Part shown: one piece after another, positions 34,391 through 45,529 of the stretch
Position numbering within the stretch: position 1 is the stretch's first letter
Layout: each line of letters starts with the position of its first letter
Source: Craspedostauros australis
Lineage: Eukaryota
Reading direction: 5' to 3'
Assembly (NCBI GenBank): GCA_030167865.1
Contig: JALAGF010001700.1
Location: 1 to 64,000, forward strand
DNA length: 64,000 nt
Position numbers and translations under genes: made by a program
Notes under the pieces: model-generated
The model's input: the letters and a program-made list of their open reading frames with translations, nothing else
What the model was told of the DNA's origin: nothing
The model's database searches: none

Positions 34391-36998
34391 ATGAAGCGCA
34401 AGGACCCACCCGGTTCCTCGGAAGCCTCGGTGGAGGGCGACGATTTGCCGGATACGCAACCGCAGGAACCATCGGACCTGACGCCCGTCGCAACCCCCGT
34501 GGCAACCCCTGTCGCAACTGTGGTGGCAACAGCCGTAGCAGTAGCAGTGGAGGCAAAGCAGCAGGATGTCCCACCCACAGCTCCTGCCACCGCTCAGACG
34601 GGGCAGACAACCACAACAACTCCACTTGCACCTGTCACTGCCGCAGCCGCCAAAGGTGAGGCAACCGCAACGCCAGGGGCTCAGGAAGCGTCAGAGGCAA
34701 CGCCAACCACAACACCAGCACCATCTGCACCTGACGCTTCCACCACAACAGAGACAGACACAGAGACAGCAAAGCCCATCGCCAAATCACCCACAACCGA
34801 AAGGAAGTCCGAAGAGTCGAAACGATCACGCGGTACCACCTGGTCGGCAGAAGACGACGCCGCCTTGCTCAAGGCCGTCCAACAGGACAAGGGCGACGAT
34901 GACGATGAAGAGGAGGACTGGGATGAGATCGCGAAGTCCGTTACGGGCAAAACTCCCGTCCAGTGTTTGAAGCGGTACATGGTCATGGATCGGAAACTGC
35001 CACAACCCGTAACGGTCGCCGCGCCACCCGTCATCGACCCCGTTGCTGATGCCAAGGCCATGCCACCCCCGGCTATGGTGATTCCAGGAACGGCAACAAC
35101 AACAACATCGCCTGCAGCCACATCAACGGCTCTCTCTTTGAAACCACCTGCAACAGCAACGACAACAACAACGACGGCAGCGCAACCCAAGAACAACGAT
35201 GCGACGGACACCGAGGCCTACAGCCCACCGGCCAAGAAGATGCGTACGTCATCGGAGGATGAGGAGCAACTTCTGCTGAGGGCGGAGAACGAACCAGCAA
35301 CCAAGTGGGCGCAGGAAGAGATCGAGCTCCTCAAGCGGTTGGTGGAGCAGTACAAAGGCAGTAAGTTCGGACAAACAAGTGTGATTGTGGGTGTCGGATG
35401 AGAAAGCATGGGACGATTGCAATGATATGTGTTGTGTCTTGTGTTGTATGAACGGTGATTCATATGCATGACGAGTACACACAGCCTTGTTGTGGGTTGT
35501 GGATGCACATGGACGATTCCATACGTGATACAGCATGATACGGCTACGCGACCAACCACCTGCACATACTCACACAAACGTTGAGCTCACACATGTTGCT
35601 TGCCTCGTACTCATCCTTACCGTAACCTTGGCGTACATGTCAACAACAACCACCACAGGCGCGCCAAGATGGAACGAAATCGCGGACAACTTCAAGAACC
35701 ACCTCGCCGTCGACTGCCTCAGCACGTGGCAATCCCTCACGCACCCGCCCGTCATCAAGGGCAAGGGTTCCTGGACGGTCGATGAGGACAACATCTTGAG
35801 GGACAAGCGCGCGCAGTACGGACGCAAGTGGGCCAAGATCGCCACCTTCCTGCCGGGCCGACAGGGGAAGCAGTGTCGGGAGCGGTTCGTCAATCATCTC
35901 GATCCTGATCTCAAGAAGGGGGAGTGGACGGACGATGAGGAGGCCATCCTCATTGCCATGCACGAGCATCATGGCAACCGATGGGCCAACATTTCAAAGC
36001 AGCTACCAGGGCGTTCCGATAACGACGTCAAGAATCATTGGTATTCGACGATCCAGAGGAAGTTCCAGCAACACGGCAAAGATGTACGTTCGTCGTGTCT
36101 TGTCTTCGCTTGGCTCGTCCTGTCTTGTCTTGTGATGGTTGTAAGGTCATGCTTGGGCGTGTCCGTGTTCGTGTGCTCGAACCATCTCGTTCGAGATCTT
36201 CCTCGTTTTCATGCTCTCCTTCTTCTCACACGCTCTGTCTCCTCCTGCGCTTTGTTTGCTCTACTCTTCTGTCACCACCACCAACAACAACTATTACTAC
36301 TACAACCATAACAACACTCGAATGACACTCGACAACTTCAGAAACTAATCCAAGCGGCTCTCGAACAGGTGCAGATGATGCAAACGATGGGAACATTACC
36401 GACGCAGCAACCAGTCGCGCCGCAGTGGGGCAGCGGTCCTTACAACCACGCCACATCGTCACATCATCCACCACCTCCCTACGCACACCACCCGCCGCAT
36501 CATCAGTACCCCCATTCGCCAAGTGCCGGTGGCTACGCCTACCCGCCGCCGCACCACCCGACACATCATCCACACCCGCAGAGCGGTCCGCATCACCACC
36601 ATCCGCCACCGGGTGGAGAGAACCCGCCGCCATCCTACATGTATCCACCGCCGCCGCAGCACGGTCACATGCCGCCGCCTCATCCGTACTACCATCCGCA
36701 TTATCCACCACCGCACCCGCATCAGCACCACGCGGCGTCTCCTGGCGCCCGCGGGCCCGACGGCATATCGCCAGGTCGCGACAAACCCAGTGAAGGTTCG
36801 TCGAAGGATCGAGATGATGGCAAGGCACCACCGCCGTCGGGGCATCCGCATTATCCGATGCAGACGATGGGAGGACATCCATCCTACCCTGGCCCGCCGC
36901 CTGGTGGCAGCTCATCGTCGCCGCCCGGAAAGGATGGGTCCAATCGGGACGAAGGATCGAGCGGCGCCATGGCGTCGAGGCAAGGTGATCAGAATTAG
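34391..36998 (+). CDS. MYB transcription factor: three adjacent repeats (3R-MYB-like) plus an extra N-terminal MYB/SANT repeat, His/Pro-rich C-terminus; 3 exons
   Basis: Exons 34391-35360, 35659-36083 and 36342-36998 (GT..AG, phases consistent). Repeats: WSAEDDAALL..WDEIAKSVTGKTPVQCLKRY; WAQEEIELL..PRWNEIA..DCLSTW; KGSWTVDED..KWAKIATFLPGRQGKQCRERFVNHLDP; KKGEWTDDEE..GNRWANISKQLPGRSDNDVKNHW. Confidence 0.9.
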
Positions 36999-38047
36999 AG
37001 CAGCACGGCTCCGCGAGCTTGTTGGCTGCCTTAATGGCTGCTGCTGGTCTGCTATGTGTATGTATACGTGTGCGGCATGGTTCGTCATTACCATGCCATG
37101 TCTATATTGGTATTTGTGTGGGCGTTTGTTTCCACGAAACAAACAAGAAAGCGAAGGAATTGATACGAGGAAAGAACGCAAAAAAGAAAAACAATGGACA
37201 GTCCAAAGGGTGGATTGTGATCCTCATCGCAGGCTGAATTCCAGCAAGCGACATGGGGGATCCACGACGACATCTTCCGAGAATGGGAAAGAGGGGAGAT
37301 AAGTGTTGCATTGTGTGGGATGGAAACGAATTCGTGGGTGAGCGCGTGAATGGACGGATGCGATATCGACCATCCGACCCATCTCTTGGATGGTCGGACA
37401 CCTGCCGTCGCAGTGCAATTTCCATCACCATCACCCAGACGACGAGATTCGTTCGGGAACAAGTAAATGTTATGAATGGAATGAAGTATGGAAACAGAGA
37501 ACCTACGTAGTCTGTCTAGCTGAGATGTCTCGTCTCAAACAACAACTACGACAGCTGAGCCGGGCTGATGGACAAATGGAATCGTGCGGATCAACAACAA
37601 TGAAAGAGTAGAGCTGTTGATCAGACGCATCAATGCCCAGTAGAGTAGTTCAAATACAAGTAGAGTACGGATCTGGGTAGTAATATTCAGGTAGTGCTCT
37701 TCATGAATTGGCGCAGCGAAACGCAACCACGCTTCAGAGAGAATAGAGTAGAGTAGAGTCGATTATACGTAGTCTTGAAGAGGAAGCGTCGTCCACGTGG
37801 CCACTGCAGCTCCGAGAATATGCTCTGCTAGCAGGATGTGCGACAATAAACCACTCCCACAGCCATGCTGCTTTGTGCATTGTGGAGGAATCAAGCACTC
37901 AGCTCTGCTTCACTCGACGACGATGCCGCATTGCATCTCGCGCTCATACAAACAAGTACAATGCTCCCACTTGTACCACTTGTAACAGAGTACGACCATC
38001 ACCATTCTAGTATCATACCTTATGCTATGCTCTAACGACCCGCCGCT

Positions 38048-39646
38048 TCATCTCTTGGATCGTGCGGCCCTGCGCGGACCCGGGAAGACCAACGGCAGCT
38101 TCAATGCGACGGCCGTGGTCTTTTTTGAATTCTTGATGGCAACGCATCCCGCCATGCGCAGGAGCTGTCCCGCATCCACAACGGGCAGCTTCAGCTCCGA
38201 AGAAATGCCATTGAGATCAGGGATGGTCATGGCAGGACCCTGGGCGATCATGAAGAGGAGGAAGGTGTGGACGAGGAATTTATCGCGCTTGGCCTTCGTC
38301 ATGGCGAAGCCCGTCTTGCCTGTATCGAAGCTGATGGGGTTGGCGAATTTGTGGACGCTGTAGGAGGCGATTTCGGTGGGGATGCCAAAGTACCTGGAGG
38401 CAGTGGGGTTGACGGGTGCGAGGAATTTTTCCCTGGCGCAATGGGCGTAGAAGTTCATCATCCAGTTAGTGATGATGGCGCACGTGAGCTGATGGGCCAG
38501 CTGATCTGAATCGCGGTCGCCGCCGGTCGATATCATCTCCTCGATGATCTTCTTGATGCATTGGTTCCAATCGGACTCCTCTTTGCACAGCGCCATGATG
38601 TTGGCGAGGGCGTTGCTGTGATGATTCTTGAGCACGTACGTGGCCTGCTTGTGGAACTTGGCCCACACATCCTTGCCAACAATATCCCTGGCCTTGTAGA
38701 CCATGCGCGGTTCTTTGGTATGCTCGTCGTACGGTGGCAGGAATTCCTTGCGCGCCGCCGCGTAGGCCGCATCGGCCCCCGTCGCCATCTGTCGGATCTT
38801 GAGCGCCGCGTTGGCATCGTCGCTGTCGCCGCCTTCCTCGCGCAGTTTGTGCAGCTGCATCTCGATGGCTTCGCGGTTGCTGGAGCTCATGGCGGCGCCC
38901 TTGAGCATGCTGGTGACGAGGGCGCTCTGGCCCTCGCTGGCGCCCACGACGAAGTTCGGATCGACCTGATTGGCACGCTGCGACTTGAGGACCTTGCGCT
39001 TCTTGGAGCTGCCGAAATCTTCAAACAGACGCCCGTACTCCATCGCCACGCGGTCGTTGATGCTGCTGCTGCGTCCCAGCGTGTTCTCGTCTTCGTGGTA
39101 GGTCGGCACGGACTGCTGCAGGGAGAAGATGGCGCCGCCGGACGCCGCCTGCGTGATGCGCAACGTCCTCGTTCGCTTGTCGTACACGCCGACGCACAGT
39201 TTCGTGGCACGCTTGTTCCCGCGCGTTGGCAGCGGCTGCGCCGCGTCCTCGCCCGGCTCCTGCTTCGTGGCGGCCGAGAGGGAACGAGACGCAGCCGAAG
39301 TGGCCGTGTAGACGCAGTTCTCATCGCGGCCAGCAACGGTGCGCTGGTCGTTGCCCGATTGCGATTGCTGCCAGTAGAACTCCGGGAACTGCCCCTTCTG
39401 CAGGATGTCCTCCTGCGACGCCGTCAAGGCCTGCGGCAGGCCGCTGGGAAAGGAGACGACGATGGGGTGCTTGGACTGGTCGTTGCTGCCATCGACCGCA
39501 ATCGAGACGCAGCTGCCCGAGGGCCTCTTCTTCTTGGGACTGCGCGAATCCTTCGACTTGCTCTTCAGCTTCGGCGACGTCGGCGCTGAGACTGCTGAGC
39601 CATTGCTCTTCCTGCTCTTCCTGCTTCGGTTCTTGCTCTTTCCCAT
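38048..39646 (-). CDS. RPA49: RNA polymerase I associated factor A49-like (RPA49/PAF53/POLR1E)
   Basis: Motifs LCVGVYDKRTRTL, LFEDFGSSKKRK and FLPPYDEHTKEPRMVYKARDIV, with C-terminal ISSELKL..LRMAGC..VALKLPLVFP consistent with A49. Confidence 0.78.
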   Translation of the reverse strand: MGKSKNRSRKSRKSNGSAVSAPTSPKLKSKSKDSRSPKKKRPSGSCVSIAVDGSNDQSKHPIVVSFPSGLPQALTASQEDILQKGQFPEFYWQQSQSGNDQRTVAGRDENCVYTATSAASRSLSAATKQEPGEDAAQPLPTRGNKRATKLCVGVYDKRTRTLRITQAASGGAIFSLQQSVPTYHEDENTLGRSSSINDRVAMEYGRLFEDFGSSKKRKVLKSQRANQVDPNFVVGASEGQSALVTSMLKGAAMSSSNREAIEMQLHKLREEGGDSDDANAALKIRQMATGADAAYAAARKEFLPPYDEHTKEPRMVYKARDIVGKDVWAKFHKQATYVLKNHHSNALANIMALCKEESDWNQCIKKIIEEMISTGGDRDSDQLAHQLTCAIITNWMMNFYAHCAREKFLAPVNPTASRYFGIPTEIASYSVHKFANPISFDTGKTGFAMTKAKRDKFLVHTFLLFMIAQGPAMTIPDLNGISSELKLPVVDAGQLLRMAGCVAIKNSKKTTAVALKLPLVFPGPRRAARSKR

Positions 39647-40127
39647 CGTTGTTCCCTTCTTCTGCTTCTCTCTTCCTCTTTGTGGTTGGCGTCTTTACCC
39701 GTGCTCGATGGAGGCTTCCCATGAGATGGCGATGATGAGTTGGGGTGGTTTGGACTCCTTGCAGATTCGCAGGGAGTATTGCCAATGGATGAGTTGATGG
39801 GTCTCATCTCGCACGATCACTTCATTTTTCGGTGGACGACAGACACCTTTTGCGCGTATGGCAGGACAGACAGGTTATTTCTCGACTAGACATTTGGCAC
39901 TCAATTCGATCGTTGTTTGTGCAAGGGTATTATGTTCTTGCTTGCTTCTCTACACCACGCTCCGCTGTTCTACTCTACTCTACACAACACTCAACTTTAC
40001 ATCCAATCACTACTTTGTGCTGTCCAGTTCAACGAATGCAACTCAAGAGAGAAGTGAAGTGAAGTGAATGTCAGGTTCCAACCTAGAGTACAGCTATCCT
40101 TCCTCTTGCTGGGAAACGTTTGCGCTG

Positions 40128-42035
40128 TCACCACTGCTGCTCGAATGTGGCGAAGGTGGACTTCTGGGTGGGCGGAGGACACGACTGAAGCTCCTGCACG
40201 AAAATGTCAATCTTGGATTTGGTGATGTTGGGCATGACGACGACGTGGGCCATGTCCTTTTCGCACGCCAGCTGCCACCGTCGGATGAATTCCTGGGAGG
40301 AGGGACGCTGCAAGATCACCGTGTTGCCGTACGTGTTGTACCGGCAAGGAACGCCGACGCGCTGGAGCTGTTCGTAGAGGTACTGCGCGGTGGACATGCA
40401 GTGGTGGACGTCGTCGGCGATGCCGGACATGCCCTTCTTGCGCAGGCTGTACCAGAGGTAGAGGGCCGCCTGGCCGTTGCGGCTGCCGAGGATGGTGGAA
40501 TCGACGCTGTTCAGGTAGTCGATGTGATGCTCGATCACGTGCTCCTTGCGGCAGATGGCGATGCCGCACGGCATGGGGCAGCCCAGCATCTTGTGCCCGC
40601 TCACCGCGATGGAATCGATCGGTTGCGAATGGAAGGAAAGGTCGGGCGTCACATCGTCGGAGAGGAAGGGCGCGAAGAGGCCGTACAGAGCGCCGTCGCA
40701 ATGGATGTGATAACGCTCCCTCGGTATCTGGTTGCGCTCCATGATGCCCACGATGCGATCCAGATTGTCGACGGCACCCTTGACGGTGGTGCCGATGTTC
40801 GCATTGATGATGACCTCCTTGTCAGGATTGGCCAGTATTTGCTGCTCCAGGATCTCGTAATCGATTTCGCCATTGGGCAAGGTGGGGACCTTGTTGCATT
40901 CCATGCGGTAGTAGGTGGCGGCCTTGAAGAGGCTGTAGTGCGACTCCTCGCTGGTGTACAAAATGCCTTCGGGGAAGCGTTCCCGTGCCAGCAGGATGCC
41001 ATGCAGGTTGCCCTCTGTGCCACTGGACGTCACGTAGCCCCAGTAGTCGTCCGGCTCGCGGAAGTCCCACAGCTTGGCGAAGAAGTCGATGACGGCGCAT
41101 TCGAACTGCCGGGAATGCACGGCGTAGTTGGAGGCGATGTAGGGATCGCCGAGGTTGTTGATGGAATACTTCATGAATTCGTACAGCTCCGAATGGTCGT
41201 AGCTCAGGTTGTACGGGTAGCCGAAATGCAGCGACGAATTGGATTGCAGAAGCTTGTCGTACGACTGCAGAATCGCTGTCTCGTCCGGGGCCATGGACAG
41301 CTCCTGGTGATCGTGACTTTCATGTGTGCGTTCATCCTGCGGACCGCGTGGCGTGATCGCATTCGACGACGCGGAATGTCCAATTCTCGGCGCTGACCGG
41401 GCCGAACCATCGGCACGAAGATAGGCGTCGTCGATCGGTATCTGAACAGCCTGTGGCGAAAGGTTGTCGTCGTCGATGGGGTTGATCAGATTGTCGTGGA
41501 CCTGATCAGATCTTGCTCCCCAGGCATCAAATGCGGGCGCCGCGGAGTTCATCTGAAGGGTGGTTCTCCTTGCCTCGTTGATGGAAGCTCGCAGTTCGGT
41601 GCGGCGTTGGTCGTCAACACCGTTGCCGCTGGTTTTGAAGTTGCCGATCCGAGACGATGCGGCTGTTCGGTTGCTGGCATCCTGTTCCGCACGTTCGTAG
41701 GCGTCGTCGCCGTCCGAGTCTTCCTCCAGCGACGCCATGGAGGCAGACTCGCGTCGCTGGTCGTTGATTGGAAGCAGCAGCTGGTGCTTCAGGTTGTCGA
41801 GGTCGTTCTGCAGCTCGTTCTGGAGGCTGTGCGTGTTCTGCTGGAACGAGGACTTGGACATGGTGGTGTACATGTACTGCAGCTTGCAGTTGGACATGAC
41901 CTGCGATGGCGGCGCAGCCGCAGTCAGAGTTGAGGAAGCGCACACCAATGACGACGACAGCCTGCGTTCCACGATGGCTGGATAAGCGCGGCGGGAGCTT
42001 CGCTGCAGTTGCTTGCGTAGGTGATGGGACATCAT
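40128..42035 (-). CDS. Group II PLP-dependent decarboxylase, serine decarboxylase / histidine decarboxylase type, with long N-terminal extension
   Basis: HFGYPYNL, INNLGDPYIASNYAVHSRQFE, YWGYVTSSGTEGNLHGIL, HIHCDGAL, the PLP-lysine motif SGHKMLGCPMPCG, and GSRNG. First ATG at 42035. Confidence 0.92.
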   Translation of the reverse strand: MMSHHLRKQLQRSSRRAYPAIVERRLSSSLVCASSTLTAAAPPSQVMSNCKLQYMYTTMSKSSFQQNTHSLQNELQNDLDNLKHQLLLPINDQRRESASMASLEEDSDGDDAYERAEQDASNRTAASSRIGNFKTSGNGVDDQRRTELRASINEARRTTLQMNSAAPAFDAWGARSDQVHDNLINPIDDDNLSPQAVQIPIDDAYLRADGSARSAPRIGHSASSNAITPRGPQDERTHESHDHQELSMAPDETAILQSYDKLLQSNSSLHFGYPYNLSYDHSELYEFMKYSINNLGDPYIASNYAVHSRQFECAVIDFFAKLWDFREPDDYWGYVTSSGTEGNLHGILLARERFPEGILYTSEESHYSLFKAATYYRMECNKVPTLPNGEIDYEILEQQILANPDKEVIINANIGTTVKGAVDNLDRIVGIMERNQIPRERYHIHCDGALYGLFAPFLSDDVTPDLSFHSQPIDSIAVSGHKMLGCPMPCGIAICRKEHVIEHHIDYLNSVDSTILGSRNGQAALYLWYSLRKKGMSGIADDVHHCMSTAQYLYEQLQRVGVPCRYNTYGNTVILQRPSSQEFIRRWQLACEKDMAHVVVMPNITKSKIDIFVQELQSCPPPTQKSTFATFEQQW

Positions 42036-42749
42036 CTTGGACGGTGTATAGCGTTGGAATGCGTCTCGGTCTCGTCGGTCTTCTCTCTCGTTCTGGTGTT
42101 GCTGGTGATGCTTCGGCTTGTGCACAATTCCTTCGGGTTGCAAACCGATGGAGGCTTGGCTCTGCGACGCTTGTTCTGCCTCTGTGATACCTGTTGTGTT
42201 GTTGTGAGGAGAGGCTCAGAGTGCAACAATGCTGCGTCCTCGATCTTCTCTTCCTATTGCTGACGTAGTGAGTACTTCTGTGGATGAGAGGAGGTCGAAT
42301 GTGCCGGAGAATGCGATTTATGAACGCTCGCTCACCTCCATGACAGTTGAGCGTGTTTCGCTTTCGAACATGCGACTGTTGGTCGCTGTTCGCAACGAAC
42401 GCACAACAAGGAAGAAAACGTGAGGCGAGCGAGGTTGGCACTTGTTTCCAAAACGAACGCATTCTGACTGGTTGAGCCATCCAACTCACACGCCAGTCAC
42501 GCTTTCGTTCGTGAACCAATGGGAAGACTCCATCACAAGAATCATGGGACGCGTTTCAATCGCGTGTCTCAACGTCACCCGCAGTCTACAAATACCGAAG
42601 ATAGGCAATTTCAAGAACGTGATGAAATGCGCCAATCTCATCTACTCCCATCACATTGATTAAAAGAGCAGAAGACAAGAACTATCGAATCAAATATCAT
42701 CTCATCTCATCTCCTTTCATCTATTCTATTGTACTCTGCTCTATTTGAA

Positions 42750-44873
42750 TTAAATTTCTTTCACTTTGCTTTTACTTGGTTGCGATGGCTTGGTTCTCAA
42801 CCACTGCTCAAAGGGATGTCGCTGGTTGCCTTCCGGGCATGCCAAGGACGCCGCTTGCAGCCAGGCCTCGCGCACAACATGATGCTTCACGTGCATGTCG
42901 CTGTCATCTCGAGGCTCCAGGCCAGGAAATCGATTCACCTCGATCAGCCATGGATTTTGATGGGCATCCACGACGAAATCCAGTCCCAAGATTTTGGGGA
43001 GGCACAGGTTGCGGAAGGTGTCCCCTTGCTGTTGCATGCGCTGCTTGCAATTGCCATCATGGGATAATGATGCATCTTGCGTCGACTCGCGAAAGAGTTG
43101 CATGGTCGTCGCGATCGAAGACTCGATGCGATGCCAAAACTCGTCGAAGGAAAGGCTGTTCGCAATGAAATGATCGCGCAGATAGGCCAGCTCATGCTGC
43201 GTCATCTGTTGTTCCCTTCCGGAATTGGTCATGTGGTACTTGGCATCGTCGCGCGATGTATCTGCCATGGACTTGCCATCAACTTCGAATGATTCGCTGG
43301 CCACCTTCACCAGACCCAGCTCTGATATGCTGTATTGCGAAGATGCGCTGCCAAAGTACACCACATAGATCCGCAACGAGAACTTGCGTCCTTCGTCCAG
43401 CAGCATGGGCGGATGCACCATTTTCTGCAGCAGCACCTCTTCGTCGTCGTGTTCGTCTTTGTTCTCTGTCCGAACGCGAATGTTGGAGCCTGCGCTCTTT
43501 TCGTCTTCGGTGGCAACCACACTGTGTAACGTCACAATTTGATTCCCATGCGACCCGTATCCCGACCTGCGTTTGCGAATCCACAGCTCATCGCCATGAT
43601 CAAGGCCATCTTTGACATCCATCGCTCTGATTTGATCCATCTGCGTTGGAAGGATGTACCCCCTTGGCCAAAATGGAGCGGACTGGCGGCTTGCATTGTC
43701 ATTGGATGTCAGAAGCCTGTGAAGCTCCACCTTGTCGTCCAACAACAGCAAGGCAGGATCGTCGAATGGAGACTGGTTCATCTTGATTAAATCAAGGAAC
43801 GAGAGAGACGGTGCAGAAGCAATAGCTGCTCCATCTCCATCTCCTTCGTCGCCAGCGTCCTTCATCTCACCCTGCTCCTGCGCCTGTTCTTCATCACGGG
43901 TACCATCCCGCAATGTCAAAACATGATGCATCCACATGTACTGCGGACTGCATTCAGAAGCTTCTCGTACCATTTCTTTCCAACGGATTTCATCTTCGGC
44001 TGCTACAACGCAATTGCCATGTTCGCTGTTATCTGCCACCAACAATGCGAGCGTCGCGCGGATTCCTTGCACTTCGGCAATGAGGCGACGGCAACCCTCT
44101 GACGGCTCTCCGGCTGGTGCATCGGCTTCCGCTTGTGCAGTCCGCACTGCCAACATCTCTGATGACGAGTTGAGCACATCGAGGGCGCCATCCGTGTCAC
44201 CAAGACGCAAGCAGCAGGTTGCAGCTGCCACGATGCCCTCCAGCATACTTGCGTTGCCACTTCCATTCTGCATGTCGAGATACTGCCGCTTCGCATCTTC
44301 GTATCGCAGCAGCCGTTGCAACGCACGTCCGCGTCCCAATTTCAATTCGTCGATGGTCGCTTGCGGCATTTGCGCAGCGCAGATGCGCAAGGCCCGACTG
44401 TAGACACTTTCTGCGACGTCGTCCTTGCCAATGCGCACCAAGGAATTCGCGTACAAGGCCAAGCAGAGCACTTGAACGGTCGGCTCCAATTGGAGGTTGG
44501 GTTGAGACAGCGCGATCGACCATGTGTGGCAGGCTTCGTGCGCCGCCGTGATGTTGGCTTCGGCCAACTTGGATTGCTGCATCCCCAATCGAATTGTAGA
44601 AAGCATGCCGATCTCGAGTTTGCTCTCATCGTCCATGCTGTTTCTGTTGCTGCTTTGACAGGATCTGCTTGTGCAGTGCTTCATTGGGGCTGCTTTGCGC
44701 ATGTTGAGAAAGAGCAAAGCAGAAGCTGTTGATGATGCGTGTGGTATTCTCCTTGGCATGCGCGATGGCGATGCAAAGGAAGTCACACTTGCCATCATCA
44801 TTACAAAGATCGTTGACACCACCAGCAGCAGCAATAGTCGGACCGAAGGAGCTGACACCAGCATGGTGTTCAT
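42750..44873 (-). CDS. TPR-like repeats + tubulin-tyrosine ligase (TTL/TTLL) ATP-grasp domain protein with predicted signal + transit peptide
   Basis: TTL motifs WPRGYILP, WIRK..GYGSHG, LLQKMVHPPMLL..GRKFSLRIYVV, HMTN and ILGLDFVVD...PWLIEVNRFP. A helical TPR-like region reads ANSLVRIGKDDVAESVYSRAL / GRALQRLLRYEDAKRQY. Leader: VRLLLLLVVSTIFVMMMASVTS-FASP. Confidence 0.82.
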   Translation of the reverse strand: MNTMLVSAPSVRLLLLLVVSTIFVMMMASVTSFASPSRMPRRIPHASSTASALLFLNMRKAAPMKHCTSRSCQSSNRNSMDDESKLEIGMLSTIRLGMQQSKLAEANITAAHEACHTWSIALSQPNLQLEPTVQVLCLALYANSLVRIGKDDVAESVYSRALRICAAQMPQATIDELKLGRGRALQRLLRYEDAKRQYLDMQNGSGNASMLEGIVAAATCCLRLGDTDGALDVLNSSSEMLAVRTAQAEADAPAGEPSEGCRRLIAEVQGIRATLALLVADNSEHGNCVVAAEDEIRWKEMVREASECSPQYMWMHHVLTLRDGTRDEEQAQEQGEMKDAGDEGDGDGAAIASAPSLSFLDLIKMNQSPFDDPALLLLDDKVELHRLLTSNDNASRQSAPFWPRGYILPTQMDQIRAMDVKDGLDHGDELWIRKRRSGYGSHGNQIVTLHSVVATEDEKSAGSNIRVRTENKDEHDDEEVLLQKMVHPPMLLDEGRKFSLRIYVVYFGSASSQYSISELGLVKVASESFEVDGKSMADTSRDDAKYHMTNSGREQQMTQHELAYLRDHFIANSLSFDEFWHRIESSIATTMQLFRESTQDASLSHDGNCKQRMQQQGDTFRNLCLPKILGLDFVVDAHQNPWLIEVNRFPGLEPRDDSDMHVKHHVVREAWLQAASLACPEGNQRHPFEQWLRTKPSQPSKSKVKEI

Positions 44874-45529
44874 TTGTCGTGCATTCTTGCGCGGGCGATG
44901 GTCTGATCCACGGTGGGACTCCATCCACGATAATGGCGTCCTTGCCCATTGACGATGATCCATTGTGAAGTGGATGCGCAGCAGACGTTGAGATGTCGCA
45001 TGATGCTGAAGGAGAGTGTTGTCAACAAGGTCCGCAGATAGCACCACACACATCACGACGCACAACAGCACATGGCCAAACACTGACGGATGTGTTTTGA
45101 CACAATCCTCACACTCGTGAATGGATGGATGCTGTGGACCGAATCTGCAACCCATTCAATTTTGGCGCCAAAAGCACAAGCGTGCGCATCGGCGTCTTGG
45201 ACGCGCATCTCGTACGACTACAATACCAGCAGCGGCTGAGGATGCAGTCACATTCGTATGTAAACAAAGCACATGTGATCGATTGCTGCGAATGCCTGTG
45301 GATCCCAGTCGATCAAAAAGTAACAATTAGAGACTTTATTCATGCAGGCCTTGTCTGTCTGCTGTTGATACCAATTCGACGACCCAACGCAGCAACCTTG
45401 TCGCATCCTCTACCGCGACACGTGGCGCGTCCAGGTGCATGCCCATGCTCATCTCCATACTCGTGCCCATGACTGCGCATGGCGTGGCATAATGGCATGC
45501 AGCACTGTACCCGTATCTGTTCGTCGCAT

